9,863 nucleotides of DNA from Octopus sinensis (taxonomy: Eukaryota), in NCBI RefSeq assembly GCF_006345805.1, contig NW_021827769.1, positions 1-9,863 on the forward strand, written 5' to 3'. Of the stretch, positions 7,962 through 9,863 are shown piece after piece (the stretch's first letter is position 1; each line of letters begins with the position of its first letter). A program made the translations under genes and the position numbers. Below the pieces are notes generated by a model. It had not been told where the DNA came from. It did no database searches and saw nothing but the letters and a program-made list of their open reading frames with translations.

Positions 7962-8152
7962 ATATGCATACATTCAAGCATATATATAATATATGCACAC
8001 ACACACATATACATACATATTACATACATTACACATACATACAGGCATACATACATACATACATAACATACATACATACATACATACTACATAACATACA
8101 TACATACATACATACATACATACATACATACATACATACAACATACACGCAT
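7570..8152. repeat. Compound (TA)n/(CA)n/(TACA)n microsatellite
   Basis: Direct inspection; includes a short duplicated block ATACATACATACATATGCATATGTATATATATTTATATA near 7816 and 7879. Confidence 0.95.
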
Positions 8153-8392
8153 ATAATTTGACAACGCTAATTTATTTTTCGGGCTCCGATATTTCTGCAT
8201 GTATTCTTATTATTCCATGCTTCCTGTAGACACTCAATTTTGTCTGTATAATTGATAAATGTCAAGATTACCCTTTGTTCATTCTTCTCTCTAACACTGT
8301 TCTTGGTAATTTATTCCAACAGGAACATCTATTATCTAGCAGTGCATGTACTATTATGCTCTCTACATTAATGATTAAAGGATATGAAGGAT

Positions 8393-8663
8393 ATGTGTGT
8401 GTGTGTGTGTATATGTATATTATGTATGTATATTATGTATGTATATATATATTTATATAATTATATTTCTTAATATATACATATATATCCTTATATAATA
8501 TCTGTATAATATGCATGTATTTAAATATATATGGGTGTCGTGTCTGTCTGTGTGTGCCTGTGTGTCTGTGTATGTAAATTTAGTTAAATATATGTCTGCA
8601 TATACCTTTATATATATATATATATATATATATTATGTAATTATGTTGTATATATATACCCAC
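8393..8663. repeat. (TA)/(TG) low-complexity tract
   Basis: Direct inspection. Confidence 0.85.
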
Positions 8664-8701
<38 letters not shown>

Positions 8702-8704
8702 TAA

Positions 8705-8750
<46 letters not shown>

Positions 8751-8831
8751 GATAGATAGATAGAAGTAGAGATAGATAGATAGATAGACAGACAGATAGA
8801 TAGATAAATAGACAGATAGATAGATAGATAA

Positions 8832-8887
<56 letters not shown>

Positions 8888-8939
8888 CTAGATAATAGAT
8901 AGTATAGATAAATAGACAGATTTAGATAGGAGACAGATA

Positions 8940-8990
<51 letters not shown>

Positions 8991-9007
8991 GATTGGTAGA
9001 TAGACAG
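8664..9007. repeat. (GATA)n microsatellite
   Basis: Direct inspection. Confidence 0.98.
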
Positions 9008-9117
9008 AAATATTGATAAATACATGGAGGAATAGATACATACACACATACATACATTTGTATGCATGTTTTATCCTCTCACTAATCATGAAATATGAAA
9101 CTCCTAACATACATCAT

Positions 9118-9170
9118 GCATACTGATATTATACTATACCATATTATATTATATCATATCATATTATATG
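9118..9170. repeat. Degenerate pentanucleotide repeat (ATACT/ATATT/ATATC)
   Basis: Direct inspection. Confidence 0.7.
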
Positions 9171-9400
9171 ATCTATTTCTATGCAGATAAACGTTGCCTG
9201 TAGCAGCTTGGATAATTTTAAGAAGATATCTCTAACACAAAGCTTGGTAGCCTTGTTAGCCCACGAATAAATTATCTACATATATATATATATATCCAAA
9301 ATGGAGGACGGACACAATAGTTTCTGTATAACAGGTTTGATAACTGTTAAGAGTCTCCACATACATGAAATAAGTGGTAGCCTTTTAACCGACACATTAA

Positions 9401-9457
9401 AGTATATATATGTATGTATAAACAGTATATGCGTATATATATATGTATGTATGTGTA

Positions 9458-9531
<74 letters not shown>

Positions 9532-9603
9532 CACACACAGAACACACACAAATATATATAACACGCACATACACATACAACCACAACCACACACACAACA
9601 ACA
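9401..9603. repeat. (TA)n then (CA)-rich microsatellite
   Basis: Direct inspection. Confidence 0.95.
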
Positions 9604-9660
9604 GTTAAAATACTTATATTTCAGAGGTGAGGCACTGGATTTCACAGAATTATTATTACG

Positions 9661-9740
9661 TGCCTGAAAGGATGAAACAACAGTGGCGACCTCGGCAGAA
9701 TTTGAACTCAGAATGAAAAGCAGGTATGTATGCCGCTAAC
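9661..9740 (-). mobile_element. Fragment of a family-2 SINE, antisense
   Basis: Reverse complement TTAGCGGCAT..TTCTGAGTTCAAATTCTGCCGAGGTCG..TTTCATCCTTTC matches the core of the copies at 2568-3293. Confidence 0.82.
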
Positions 9741-9763
9741 TGATTTGACTGTCGTAAAACCGG

Positions 9764-9863
9764 AAAGACGAAGAGAAGAAGAGAAGAAGAAGACAAGAGA
9801 AGAAGAAGAAGAAGAAGAAGAAGAAGAAGAAGAAGAGAAGAAGAAGAAGAAGAGAAGAGAAAA
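9764..9863. repeat. (GAA)n/(GAAGA)n polypurine microsatellite, running off the right edge
   Basis: Direct inspection. Confidence 0.97.

Noticed and set aside
6961-9667. HT/YI/CV dipeptide-repeat ORFs
   Set aside because: Translations of (CA)/(TA)/(GT) microsatellites.

Overview
AT-rich, repeat-saturated animal intergenic/intronic DNA with no intact host gene. The repeat families resemble octopus (coleoid cephalopod) repeats, from recall only and not verified. Bases 1-5.6 kb are a dense pile of non-LTR retroelements: a decayed L1/Tx1-type ORF2 5' region (APE endonuclease, minus strand) abutting a (GATA)n array; two tRNA-derived SINE families with internal duplications and swapped tails; a plus-strand L1/Tx1-type 3' end; and three 5'-truncated R4/Dong-type (restriction-like endonuclease, REL) fragments stacked head-to-tail on the minus strand, each separated by (TAA)n arrays. 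Bases 5.6-9.9 kb are mostly microsatellites plus a 56-bp minisatellite. Most listed ORFs are microsatellite artefacts or antisense to retroelements. The best leads are a SINE whose tail matches the neighbouring Tx1-type LINE 3' end, microsatellite-targeted retroelement stacking, and chimeric/nested R4 copies. None is established as novel without database searches.
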